From Mobula hypostoma (lineage: Eukaryota), in contig NC_086097.1 of NCBI RefSeq assembly GCF_963921235.1, positions 6,448,001 to 6,512,000 of the forward strand: a DNA stretch of 64,000 nucleotides, in the 5' to 3' direction. Positions 26,076 to 38,483 of the stretch are shown in pieces. The position numbers and the translations under genes are program-made. The notes beneath the pieces are model-generated. The model was given only the letters and a program-made list of their open reading frames with translations. It had not been told where the DNA came from and made no database searches. Numbering within the stretch: position 1 is the first letter of the stretch; each line of letters starts with the position of its first letter.

Positions 26076-27442
26076 AGACCATAAGATATAGGAGCAGAAG
26101 TAGGCCATTCAGCCCATCGAGTCTGCTCCACCATTCAATCATGGATGATCCAATTCTCCCAGTCATCCCCACTCCCTTGCCTTCACGCCATACCCTTTCA
26201 TACCCTGGCTAATCAAGAACCTATCTATCTCTGCCTTAAATGCACCCAATGACTTGGCCTCCACCACCACTCGTGGCAACAAATTCCACAGATTTACCAC
26301 TGACTGAAGTAATTTCTCCGCATCTCTGTTCTAAATGGATGTCTTTCAATCCTGAAGTCATGCCCTCTTGTCCTTGACTCCCCTACCATAGTAAGTAACT
26401 TCGCCAAATCCAATCTGTTCTGGCCTTTTAACATTTGGAATGTTTCTATGAGATCCCCCTCATTCTCCTGAACTCCAGGGAATACAGCCCCAGAGCTGCC
26501 AGATGTTCCTCAAATGGTAACCCTTTCATTTCTGGAAACATTCTCATGAATATTCTCTGAATCCTCTCCAATGTCAGTATATCCTTTCAAAAATAAGGAG
26601 CCCAGAACTGCACACAATTCTCTAAGTGTGGTCTCAGGAGTGCTTTATAAAGCCTCAACATCACATCCCTGCTCTTATATTCTATACTTCTAGAAATGAA
26701 TGCCAACATTGCATTTGCCTTCTTCACCACGGACTCAACCTGGAGGTTAACCTTTAGGGTATTCTGCACAAGGACCCCCAGGTCCCTTTGCATCTTTGAA
26801 TTTTGAATTCTCTCCCCATCTAAGAAATAGTCTGCCTGTTTATTTCTTCCACCAAAGTGCATGACCTATATTTTCCAGCATTGTATTTCATTTGCCACTT
26901 CTTTGCCCATTCCTCTAAGCTATCTAAGTCTCTCTGCAGGCTCTGTTTCCTCAACACTACCCACTCCTCCACCTATCTTTGTATCATTGGCACATTTAGC
27001 TACAAATCCATTAATACCGCTGTCCAAATCATTGACATACATCGTAAAAAGCAGCGGTCCCAACACTGACCTCTGTGGAACTCCACTGGTAACCGGCAGC
27101 CAGCCCGAATAGAATCCCTTTATTCCCACTCTCTGTTTTCTGCCGATCAGCCAATGTTCCACCCAAGTTAGTAACTTCCCTGTAATTCCATGGGATCTTA
27201 CCTTGCTAAGCAGCCTCATGTGCAGCACCTTGTCGTAGGCCTTCTGAAAATCCAAGCACACCACATCTACTGCATCTCCTTTGTCTGCTCTGCTTGTAAT
27301 TTCCTCAAAAAATTGCAGTAGGTTAGTCAGACAAGACTTTCCTTTCAGGAAACCATGCTGGCTTTGGCCTATCTTGTCATGTGCTTCCAGGTACTCAGCA
27401 ATCTTATCATTAACAATTGACTGGAACAACTTCCCAGTTACT
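26076..27442 (-). mobile_element. CR1 LINE 3' half, tail-to-tail with the previous CR1
   Basis: QHGFLKGKSCLTNL and LDFQKAYDKV motifs plus the CR1 tail. Confidence 0.92.
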
Positions 27443-27933
27443 GGGTGGAGCTGTTAATCAGCCTTACTACTTGGGGAAAGTAACTGTATTTGAGTTTGGT
27501 GGTTCTGGTGTGGATGCTACATAGCCTCCTTCCTGATGGGAGTGGAACAAACAGTCCATGAGCAGAGTGGGTGATTACAGCCTCCTCCTCTGCTATCAAG
27601 CCAAATCTCTGAACTTGTCAGTTTAAGCAATTTACAAACTAGTCGAATGAATAACTTGAAAATCTTATGTTCAGCTACATGAGGTCTAAATGAGATTTTA
27701 ATAGCATATGAAGATATAATTACTGCTTAGCAAACTCCCTAGTCCTACAGAAAACTGATTTATGTACTTGTGAATAAATTCACCCAGAAATACTTCAGAA
27801 TATAATGGATCATCTCATTATAAAGGTTTTCTTATAAGATAGGACCTGTATTCACTGGAGTATAGAAGAAAATGTTAGAAGCTATCCTTCAGTCTGGTGG
27901 GATATGCTTTCAGGATTTTTTATCTTCTACATG

Positions 27934-28141
27934 ATAGAAACATAGAAACATAGAAAACCTATAGCGCAATACAGGCCCTTCGGCCCACAAAGCTATGCTG
28001 AACATGGCCTTACCTTAGAAACTATCTAGGGTTACCCATAGCCCTCTATTTTTCTGAGCTCCATGTACTTGTCCAGGAGTCTCTTAAAAGTCCCTATTGT
28101 AACTGCCTCTACCAATGTCACTGGCTTCCCATTCCATGCGC
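27934..28141 (-). mobile_element. CR1 3' end, (tttctatg)n subfamily
   Basis: (atagaaac)n followed by sequence matching 35673-35820. Confidence 0.8.
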
Positions 28142-29934
28142 AAGTGATGGTAGGGAAGAAAAGAGAGAATAATGATGATGGTAATTATAGTTTGGGTTGT
28201 CAGAGTTCAAAGTTCAATTCTGGCCTGTGAATGCGTAGGTTTTCTCTGGGTGTTCTGGTTTCCTCCCACAGTCCAAAGACATATGAATTAGTAGGTTACT
28301 CAGTCATCGTAAGTTGTTCTGTGATTAGGCTAATGTTAAATAGGTGGTTTGGTGTGCAGTACTGCTTGTTGGACCAGAGAGGCCTGTTCCACACAGGATC
28401 TCTAAATTTAAAAAAAATGAAATATTTACATAATTCCTCTGTGTAAATAAAATCACCAGAAAACGATGGTGTACTGACAAGATTACTTCACAATGTCAAT
28501 ATGAAAAATAAGGCTGTAACTTATCTGTCAAAGATGGCATGAAAGTATTGATTTTTTAGGAGGTGCTCTGACACATGCTGCTAACTGTAGACAGACCTGA
28601 GACAGATTGCTTTCTGAGTTTAGTTCTGTGACAGACTAATTTTTGAGGGGAGAATTATTTCTCTAGCGATAAGTCTGCTGATCATTTGGTTCACTTGTGC
28701 TGTACAAGCTGCTGTAGAAATGTCTGCGACTTGACATATTCCACTGTGATGTCTTTCTTGGGGAAGGTATGACTTGTTAACAAATGCACATGTCTATATA
28801 ACTCGTGCAATGTGTATTGTGTTCCACAGTAGCTTACAGAAAAATATCAAGTGGGCAGTCAGCAAACTATGTGAACAACGTTTAGAGGTTTGACTGGAGG
28901 CTACATTAGAAAGATGGATATTGGGAATATTACTATAGGAGAATATGATGACAATACAGGTCAGGATGTTTGCTCAGGGGCTCATTTCACCAAAAACCTA
29001 ACAGTCAGAGCAGATGATGGACAGAAACCCAGAGACATGAATAGCACATAGTGCAGGAAGATTTGCCAGATTGGTGACTTCGGGATGTGTAAGTTCTTAG
29101 GTTGAGGGCATGGATTTTAAGGCAGATGCAATGGGTGCAGAGGAAACAGTGCTGCTCACAAAGGATGGTGTTAATAAGTAAGACAGACAAAGTGTATGTC
29201 AGACTGAAGAATATCTACTGATATGTACTCATGCACTGATATATACTGGTATGTACTGATTCTACAACCTATCAACTAATTTTTACAACTTTACAACTTG
29301 CATTCTCAACTTTTATTGTGTATTTATTTATTTTTATTTTTCTATTTCTACAGTTTGTTGTCTTTTGTATATCGGTTGTTTGTCCATCTCTGTCATGTGC
29401 ATGTTTTCATTGTATCTATTATGTTTCTTTGTATTTACTGAGAACACCCGCAAGAAAATGAATCTCAGGGTTGTATATGGTGACATATCTGGACTTTGAT
29501 AATAAACTTACTTTGAACTTTTATGTACAGTAAGTATCTGTTCAACTGAACACTTGGGACTTTGGTAGCACTAGACTGCCAGATTTTCCAGTCAGATGGG
29601 ACCGCAGAGACTGCTGAGAGGATCATCGGGGTCTCTCTTCTACCCATCAGAGATATTTACCAGGAGTGCTACAAACACAAAGCCTTGAACATATTGTCAT
29701 TGATCCTTCCATCTGTCCAACAATGACTTTAACCCCCTATCATCAGAGAAGAGGTACTGTATTATTAGGACAAGAACTGTTAGGATGGGAAACAGCATCT
29801 TCCCCCAGAGTATGAGACTACTGAACTCACTGCCACCACCCAGACCTTGTCATGTATGAAGCAACAGTAGCATAATACAGTTTTTTTTTAACTTAATTGT
29901 AAATGTGCCATGTTTTTTGTTAATTTATTTGTGG

Positions 29935-30660
29935 TCGGTCAGTATCCTGGGACAGAGGTGAGCTTCCTTGATGCTCTGCAGGAAATAAAGGCGTGTTGCG
30001 CCTTTTTGATCAGGATGGAGGAGTTCAGGGACCAGGTGAGATCCTCGGAAATGTGGACACCAAGGAATTTGAAGCTTGATACATGCTCCACTACAGCTCC
30101 GTTGATGTAGATGGGGATGTGAGTGTGGCTCCTAGCATGCCTGAAGTCCACGATGATCTCCTTAGTCTTCTAGGTGTTAAGGGCCAGGTTATTGTCGGCA
30201 CACCACGCGGCCAGGTGCTGGACCTCGTCCCTGTAGGCCATCTCATCGTCCCCTCTGATCAGGCCAACCACCATGGTGTCGTCTGCGAACTTGATTATGG
30301 AGTTTGAACCATGTACAGGAACGCAGTCATAGGTGAAAAGGGAGTACAGAAGAGGGCTCAGCACACAGCCGTGAGGCACGCCGGTGTTCAGGGTGAGAGT
30401 GGAGGAGGAGAGGTTGTCTAACTTAACTGATTGGGGTCTGTTAGTCAGAAAGTCCGAGGTCCAATTGCAGAGGGATGAGCTGATACCAAGCTGGCAAAGT
30501 TTGGCGATCAGCTTGGAGGGGATCACAGTATTGAATGCTGAACTAAAGTCAATATACAGCATTCTGACGTAAGAGTTGGGGCTGTCCAGGTGGGTCAGGG
30601 CAGAGTGAAGTGCCGTGGAGATGGCTTCCTCTATTGACCTGTTGGTGTGATACGCAAATA
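29935..30660 (-). mobile_element. Rex1/Babar-like RT fragment
   Basis: [19 protein letters not shown] and KFADDT motifs. Confidence 0.9.
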
Positions 30661-30886
30661 GTCAAATAAGGTTTTATTTCATTATTGTTACAGATGTTAC
30701 ACAGTAGTACAATAAATACTACTTTGTATTGAAGCATTTACATTGAAGCCTGTAGATATAAAACATGTAAGAGCCCTGATGAATTGTAAGGGAGTGTGGA
30801 AAAAGAACCTGGTGAGCTTAAAGAAATACACACAAAATGCTGAAGGAACTCAGCAGGTTAGGTGGCATCTATGGAAATGAATGAAC

Positions 30887-30922
30887 AGTCAACGTTTCAG
30901 GCCGAGACCCTTCTTCAGGACT
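30887..30922 (-). ncRNA. Minimal type I hammerhead ribozyme motif (intact core)
   Basis: Minus strand reads AGUC-CUGAAGA-AGGGUCUCGGCCU-GAAA-C-GUU-GACU. Confidence 0.75.
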
Positions 30923-31001
30923 GGAAAACAAAGAAAAAGAAGCTAGAATACTCCTTACCCTCCCCCACATTCTTATTTTGGCATCTTCCTCCTTCCTTTC
31001 C

Positions 31002-31037
31002 AGTCCTGAAGAAGGGTCTTGGCCTGAAACGGCGACT
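31002..31037 (+). ncRNA. Hammerhead motif with mutated cleavage triplet
   Basis: AGUC-CUGAAGA-AGGGUCUUGGCCU-GAAA-C-GGC-GACU. Confidence 0.6.
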
Positions 31038-32098
31038 GTTTATTCATTCCCTTAGGTACTGCCTGACCTGCTGCGTTCCTCCTGCATTTGTATGTGTTGC
31101 TCTCGATTTCCTGCATCTGCAGAAACTTCTGAGTCTCTGGTGAATTTAAAGAGATTCTTTTGTCAGACCTGCACAGGTATGCACCTCATAGTCTCCACCC
31201 AGCTAACAGGAATTAAAAACCACTTACTTCCAACTCATAAAATGCAGCCAATTTAAACAATCACTTTAAATTCACCAGCGACACAAGAGTTTCTGCATTT
31301 AAACTCAGCTCACATCCGCATTCCTCTTCACTCGTCTGAACTAGCCAGCCTCAACCAGTTGTTCCTAGCCTCCAGTTACCTTGTTGCCTTGTTGTGATCC
31401 TGTAAGTATCCCTCCTCTATTGTTTTGTGCCCCTGTGGCTTGTTATTTTGCAGTTTATTATTAAAGTTACCACTCACCGTTAGATAGTCTCTGCTGTTCT
31501 GTGTTTGGGTCAAGCTTCCTCTACATTGCTTGCTATCTACCTGGGCAGTGCATTGATTCACTTGCACATCTTCCAGTCAAGTTCACCATATTCAGTGTTC
31601 ACATAGTGGCTTCCTCTTCACTGGGGAAATCAAACACAGATAGGTTAATCACTTTACAAAACAAGACATTCTCTCTTATCCACCTTCTCTGTTACTTTGA
31701 CTAACCTTATTTGTCTTTCTTGAATCTGAAAAAGGGTCTTTGACATGAAACTTCAGCTGTTTTTTTCTACAGATGCTGCCTAACCCGTTGAGCTTTTCCA
31801 CCATTTACTAGTTTTCTTTCAGATTTATAGCCCTGTTTGAGAACCCCTTATCCAAAATCCAACAACCTCCGAAATCCAAGGTTATTTTGAGTGCTGACAT
31901 AATATTGAAAATAGAAAATTTCACAAGACATTGGGAAGGTTCAAAGGCAATATGCAGGTCTCTGTACACTACAGACTGTTATGAGAAGTGACCTCATATA
32001 TGTAATGAAAAATAAATAAACACTGCACAAGGCGAAAAATGAAGATCTCGAATGTGTATTGAAAGAGTGGATTTTTCAGTGTTAGAGTGAATATATGG

Positions 32099-32908
32099 TG
32101 TGACTGGGTCCTGAATTACCCCTATGAACTGTGCTTTTGAAAAGAGGGAGAGAGAGTTATTTAACATGGACATCTTGTTTTTAAGAGAGAGAGAGAGAGA
32201 GATACGAAGACTGCTCACAGTTTGTTTATACCTTCCCATGGACATCGCCCGCTTGTACATTCTTACAGACAGAGAAGGGAGGAGCTGTTGTTTGAATGAC
32301 AGTACGGGGAGATAAATAGAAGGTCAGATGATAGACCTGAGACACATGATTTTGGACACAGAATGAGGTTTGCTGTGCCCACAGAAAAAGTATGTTTTGT
32401 TGGATCGATCAGGCGGATCAATCAGTGGCTCTCACAGTGTGGAGAAGGTGTGACTGGTGGGGAATTATTTGTGTGTCCTCGCCTGGGTTGATAACCCCAC
32501 CACAGAAGAATAGTCCCCTTTTGTTGTGGTCACAGACGGTGACTTCTGAAGGATTTCGGAGGACAACGGGAAGATTGACGGTGACAGCTCACTTGAAGAC
32601 TCAAATCTCTCCCTCTCTCTCTCTCCATCACTACTCAACTCAATACCACGAACTGAACTGAACCTTACTCATTATCGTAAGACTGTATCTATTTACCCCT
32701 AGACTTGAAGAAGCTTGATTTTTATATATTTCCACACTTACTGATATATTTACTTATATATAATGATTGCTAATCTGTTTGATTTATCTGCATTTATATT
32801 ACTGTATTGTGTAGTTACTAATAAATACCGTTAGTTAATAGCAATACTGGACTCCAAAGTGTTTTTCCATTTCTTCTGGTTCTTTAACCCGTCATGGGGT
32901 ACGTGACA
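32099..32908 (+). mobile_element. Solo LTR (810 bp)
   Basis: TG...CA termini, 4-bp TSD ATGG (32095-32098 and 32909-32912) and AATAAA at ~32820. It interrupts the Tigger reading frame. Confidence 0.88.
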
Positions 32909-33257
32909 ATGGTATGCTGAATAATGAAACATACAAAAGATCTATTACAACGATCTGAAAATTTAAAGTAATTCTGAATATTCAGCAGGCAGGTTGCAAA
33001 AATTTAGGAAAAGGCATGGCATTAAATTTTTAAATATTTATAGTGATAAAGCATCTGCCAATGGCAAAGCAACAGTGAAATTCATTGATGTGTTGCCAAG
33101 ATCACCACGAATGAAAATCTAACATGCTAAATGGTTGCATCAGTACATATGTGTGATGATCAGGTGTAAGAATTCCAATAAGAATCAGTTAAATGCCGGC
33201 AGGTTCTCTCATGGCATTCCAACCACTGGCCCAGTGTTACACTGATGAATTCCCTGA

Positions 33258-33905
33258 ATCGGAATCAGTTTTAGTATCACTGGCATACGTCATGAAATTT
33301 GACATTCTGCAGCAGCAACACATTGCAATACATAATAATAAAAATGATAAGTTACAAGAAGCAAATATAAAAACAAATGAAATAAGTACTGTAAAAAGAA
33401 GGGGAAAATGCTGAGGAAGTGTTCACTGGTTCATTGCCCATTCAAAAAATTGATGGTGGAGGAGAAGTTGTTCTGAAAACACTAAGTGTACTGTATATCT
33501 TCAAGTTCCTGTACCTCCTCCTTGATGGTAGCAATGAGACAACATTCCTAAGTGATGGGGATCCCTAGTGATGAATGCAGCCTTTTTGGGGCTTTGCCTT
33601 TTGAAGGTGTCCTGGATATGGGGAGGCCATTATCCATGATGAAGCTGCATGAGTCTACAATGTTCTGCAGCTCTTTCTAATCCTGTGCAATGTTCCATAT
33701 CCCCACTCCCATACCAGACGGTGAGGCGACCAGTTAGAATGCTCTCCATGGTACATCTGTACAAATTTGCAAGTGTCATCAGTGACATTCCAATCTCCTC
33801 AAACTCCTAATGAAATACAGCTGCTGCCACACGTTCTTTGAAATTGCATCAATATGTTGGGCCCAGGATACATCCTTACAGATGTTCACTCCCAGAAACC
33901 TGAAG
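33258..33905 (-). mobile_element. Rex1/Babar-like 3' fragment
   Basis: Reverse complement of the SILTG/WYG and LPSRRRYR regions plus the tail. Confidence 0.7.
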
Positions 33906-34290
33906 CAGACAAAGACTGCTTACTGGTAGCACGTAAAATTTTAGAGTCGTGAATAATAGTATTGTCCAGCAGCCACTGACTGTTCACCTGGCCAGCCAAG
34001 GTAGTGATAGCTTACTTATCTGATGGTTCAATATATACATTATTCTTTCATGCACAAAATTTTTAAAAATATTATATAAAAACTACCTTCAGGGTATATG
34101 TATAAGCTGTTTATGCCAATGTATAGACTTGGGCCCCATCCCCAAGGTACCTCATTACATTGATAGGAATGTTCTCCAAAATCCCCCAAAAAATGCAAAA
34201 TCTGAAGCAATTTCAGCCTCAGACATGTTGTGCTCAGTGGTGCTCAACCCATCTTATACTGACCAGCCTATAGTTATCCAACAAGCACAA

Positions 34291-34326
34291 AGTCCTGACG
34301 AAGGGTCTCGGCCCGAAACATCGACT
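34291..34326 (+). ncRNA. Hammerhead motif at the 5' end of a 128-bp insertion
   Basis: AGUC-CUGACGA-AGGGUCUCGGCCC-GAAA-C-AUC-GACU. Insert 34295-34422 is flanked by AAAGTC direct repeats. Confidence 0.7.
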
Positions 34327-35672
34327 GTACCTCTTCCTAGAGATGCTGCCTGGCCTGCTGCGTTCACCAGCAACTTCTATGTGTGTTGCTTGAATTTCCA
34401 GCATCTGCAGATTTCCTTGTGTAAAGTCTTTAACCTCTTGTTTTGAAAAGGTTATAATATTGGCCATTTCCACCCCCCTGGTATGTCATGAGAATTTTTG
34501 GAATATTACATTCAATGCACAACGTACGATTTTGGGATACATTTTGCCCAAGGCATTTGCCCCTTTAACACATTAGTTTGCCTAATACTATTTACCTAGC
34601 AATGCTGATCATGTTTAATCCCTACCCTACATTTTGTTTCAGTGTATTGGGGTGATTGTAGCATCTTAAGAAGTGAAGAATGGTACCAAATATCTCATTG
34701 ATTCCTATGTTCTTTCCTTGTTTCCCATGAGTATTTCAGCAGCCTTATTCTTTAAGAAGCCTATGTTTACTTGGACCTCACCTCATGGCTATGTATTTAA
34801 TGAAACTCTTACGGTCAGGTTTATATTTTTGCTGATTTACCCTCATGTTTTTCTTTCTTACTTTAGTCTTCTTTTGCAGGATTCAGAAATTATCTCCATC
34901 TTGGGTCTGCCCTTTAATGATTTCCGTCCGATATGCAGTGTCTATAAAAAGAATTCACACACCGCCCCCCACCCCCCGAAGTTTTCATGTTTTATTGTTT
35001 TACAACATTGAATCACAGTAGATTTAATTTGGCTTTGTTTGATTCTGATCAACAGAAAAAGACTCTTTCCAGTGTTTCTCTCTCCCCTCCCTCACCTTTT
35101 AAATCTATTCCTCAGCTTTTTTTTCTCCAGTCCTGCAGAAAGGTCTCGGCCCGAAATGTTGACTGTACTTTTTTCTATAGATGCTGCCTGGTCTGCAGAG
35201 TTCTCCCAGCATTTTGTGTGTGTTGCTTGGATTTACAGCATCTGCAGATTTTCCCTTGTTTGTAATTGGTGAATTCATCGTTTCCTGTCAGAGTCACCTT
35301 TTGAAGCACCACCCTGGCGCAGTGGTTATTGTGAAATTATTACAGCTTGAGACATTGGAGTTCAGAGTTCAATTCCATTGCCACCTGTAAGGAGTTTGTA
35401 CGTTCCATCCCATGTTTGCATGGATTTCCTCTGGGTGCACTGTATTCCTCCTGTGGTCCAAAGATGTACTGGCTAATGGATTAATTGGTCATTGTTAATT
35501 GTTTTGTAATTAGGCTGGGATTAAATAGGTGGTTTGCTGGACAGTGTGGGTCGTTGGATCGGAAGGGCCTGTTCTGTGCCGGATCTTGAAATAAATAAAT
35601 GTACAGACACTCCTGTACCTGGCATCACTTTACGTCCATATGTCAATTACGTCAATCTGTGTATATCAGCAA

Positions 35673-36392
35673 ATAGAAACATAGAAACATAGAAAACCTA
35701 CAGCACAATACAGGCCCTTCGGCCCACAAAGTTGTGCCGAACACGTCCCTACCTCAGAAATTACTAGACTTACCTATAGCCCTCTATTTTTCTAAGCTCC
35801 ATGTACCTATCCAAAAGTCTCCGCAGCACCTTAAACTTGTGGCAACCATTTCAGCCCTGGGAAAAAGCCTCTGACTATCCACACAATCATTGCCGCTTAT
35901 CATCGTATACACCTCTATCAGGTCACCTCTCATCCTCCTTCACTCCAAGGAATAAAGGCAGAGTTCACTCAACCTGTCTTCATAAGGCCTGCTCCCCAAT
36001 CCATGCAACATCCTTGTAAATCTCCTTGCACCATTTCTATGGTTTCCTCATCCTTCCTGTAGTGAGGCGACCAGAACTGTGCACAGTATTCGAAGTGGGG
36101 TCTAACTAGGGTCCTATATAGCTGCAACATTACCTCTCGACTTCTAAATTCAGTTCCACGATTGATGAAGGCCAATACACCATATGCCTTCTTAACCACA
36201 GAGTCAACCTGTGCAGCTGCTTTGAACGTCCTATGACTCCAAGATCCCACTGATCATCCACATTGCCAAGAGTCTTACCATTAATACTATATTCTGCCAA
36301 CATATTTGACCTGCCAAAATGAACCACTTCACACTTATCTGGGTTTAACTCCATCTGCAACTTCTCAGCCCAATTTTGCATCCCATCAATAT
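35673..36392 (-). mobile_element. CR1 3' fragment inserted in the filler DNA
   Basis: LYRTLVRPHFEYCAQFWSPH motif and (atagaaac)n tail. Confidence 0.88.
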
Positions 36393-36515
36393 CTTATCTT
36401 AATCTTATGCACTCATGTTTATTGTGTTTTTTGTGATTGTGTATTTTATTTTATGTATATTGTGCTTTTTTAATACTGCATCAGATCTGGAGTACCAATC
36501 TTTTCTTTCTCCTTT

Positions 36516-36779
36516 CCCAGCAGATACCTGAGAACACCACCACTTGGAAAACCCTCTCCAAGTCACTCACCAACCTGACTTGGAAACATGTCACCATTCC
36601 TTCATTGTTGCTGGATCAAAATCATGGAATTCCCTCTCTAACAGCACTGTGGGTGTACCTGCACCTTATGGTCTGTAGCAGTTCAGGAAGGTAGCTCATC
36701 ACCACCTTCTCAAGGGCAACTAGCGATGGGCAATAAATGCTGGCTTAGCAGATGACGCCCACATCCCATAATTTTTTTT
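36516..36779 (+). mobile_element. Short retroposon/LINE-tail insertion, absent from the paralogous copy
   Basis: Contains ...ccaccttctcaagggcaactagcgatgggcaataaatgctgg... It is missing at the matching point (~41880). Confidence 0.6.
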
Positions 36780-36814
36780 AATTGTTTCCTGATGATTGAC
36801 AATAAACAATCTTA

Positions 36815-37710
36815 AGTACTGTTAAGTCAATCATCAAGAAAAGGAAAGAATATGGCACAGCTGTAAATCTGCCTAGAGCAGACCATCCTCAAAAACTGAG
36901 TGACTGTGCAAGGAGGGGACTAGTGAGGGAGGCCACCAAGAGATCCATGACAACTCTGGAGAAGTTACAAGCTTCAGTGGCTGAGATGGGAGAGACTGTG
37001 CATACAACAACTGTTGCCCAGGTGCTTCACCAGTCCCAGCTTTATGGGAGATTGGCAAGGAAAAAGCCACTGTTGAAAAAAAAACTCACATGAAATCTTG
37101 GTTAGAGTTTGCCAGAAAGCATGTGGGAGACACTGAAGTCAGCTAGAAGAAGGTTCTATAATGCGATGAAACCAAAATTGAGCTTTTTGACCATCAGATT
37201 AAATGCTATGTTTGCTGTACGGCAAACACTGCACATCATCAAAAACACGCCGTCCTTACTGTGAAGCATGCTGGTGGCTGCATAACGCTGTGGGGATGCT
37301 TCACTACAGCAGGCCCTGTGAGGCTTGTGAAGGTAGAGGGTAAAATGAATGCAGCAAAACAGAGATCTCCAGGAGGAAAATCTGATGCAGTCTGCAAGAG
37401 AACTGCAACTTGAGAGAATGTTTGTTTTCCAGCAAGACAAAGCCCCAAACATAAAGTCCAACACAGGAATGGCAAAAAGTTAATGTCCTGGAATGGCCAA
37501 ATCTGAGTCCAGACCCCAATCCAATTGGGAATTTGTGACCGGGCTTGAAAAGGGCTGTTCATACAATCTGACAGAGTTTGAGCAGTTTTGTAAAGAAGAA
37601 AGGGGAACAATTGCAGTGTCCGGATGTGCAAAGCTGATAGAGACCTACCCACACAGACTCAAGGCTGTAATTGCTGCTAAAGGTGCATCTACTAAATTCT
37701 ATCTTGAAGG
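36815..37710 (+). pseudogene. Tc1 transposase remnant, N-terminally truncated
   Basis: STVKSIIKK..YGTAVNLPR, DETKIELF, TVKHAGGCITLWGCF and FQQD motifs; ends LKAVIAAKGASTKF. Confidence 0.9.
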
Positions 37711-38011
37711 GAGCGAATACTTATGCTACCAATTAGTTTGTATTTTATATTTGTAATTCATTTAGATCACTTTGTAGAGATCTGCTTTCACTTGGACATG
37801 AAATTGTCTGTTGATCAGTGTTAAAAAAAACAAATTAAATCCACTCTGATTCAATGTTGTAAAACAATAAAACATGAAAACTTCAAGGGGGGTGGAAGTG
37901 AATACTTTGTGTAGTCACTGTTTTTTTTTTGTTTATTGAATTAATAGTGTCCTCGGAGTATTGTGAGCAATTTTAGGCCCCTTATCTAAGAACAATTGTG
38001 CTGCCTTTGTA

Positions 38012-38468
38012 GTCCAGGCCGAATTGGAAAGATCAGGTATGGACCGAATTGAGAAGGCAGAGTCCGGGCCCCAGGACGTACCAAAGCAACTGAACACAAT
38101 GTTTTGATGGCGATTTAGGCACCGGGCCAGACTGGAAAGTTCAGGGTGTCGGGAAAAGTTGAGGGGCTGGCCAGTTCAGCTTGCTGCTCTGTGACGCTTA
38201 CTTGGCTCTGCACTGAACTATGGGACTGAGGACGGGCTGTCTACATGGACTTCAGATCTGAACGCTATTTGCTTGCCTTTATTGTTTGCATGATTTGTTT
38301 TTTTTCTCCCTGCACATCAGATGTTTGACCATCTTTATTTTAAAGGGTTCTTTCAGGTTTCTTTGTTTTGTGGCTGCCTGCAAGGAGACGAATCACAAGG
38401 TTGTAGATATGTGGTATGTATACTTTGATAATAAACGTACTTTGAAGTTCAACTGTGAACTTTGAACT
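38012..38468 (+). mobile_element. Non-coding element with Rex-like tail
   Basis: Tail is shared with 5250-5345 and ends ctttgaact. Confidence 0.55.
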
Positions 38469-38483
38469 ATATAAATTTGATGA

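Larger units (their letters stand above)
30824..31128. repeat. Inverted pair of Penelope-like repeats, each with a hammerhead motif
   Basis: ~100-bp arms at 30824-30927 and ~30997-31100 are reverse complements. Confidence 0.85.
31833..34251 (+). mobile_element. Tigger/pogo (Tigger4-like) DNA transposon relic with nested insertions
   Basis: LHKAKNEDLECVLKEW and LQKFRKRHGIKFLNI (CENP-B-type HTH), with degenerate Tigger4-like ends. Confidence 0.7.
34936..37920 (+). mobile_element. Tc1-family transposon with foreign filler DNA
   Basis: CAGTG...CACTG termini. The left TIR segment (34936-~35072) is complementary to the right end (~37795-37920). Confidence 0.9.
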
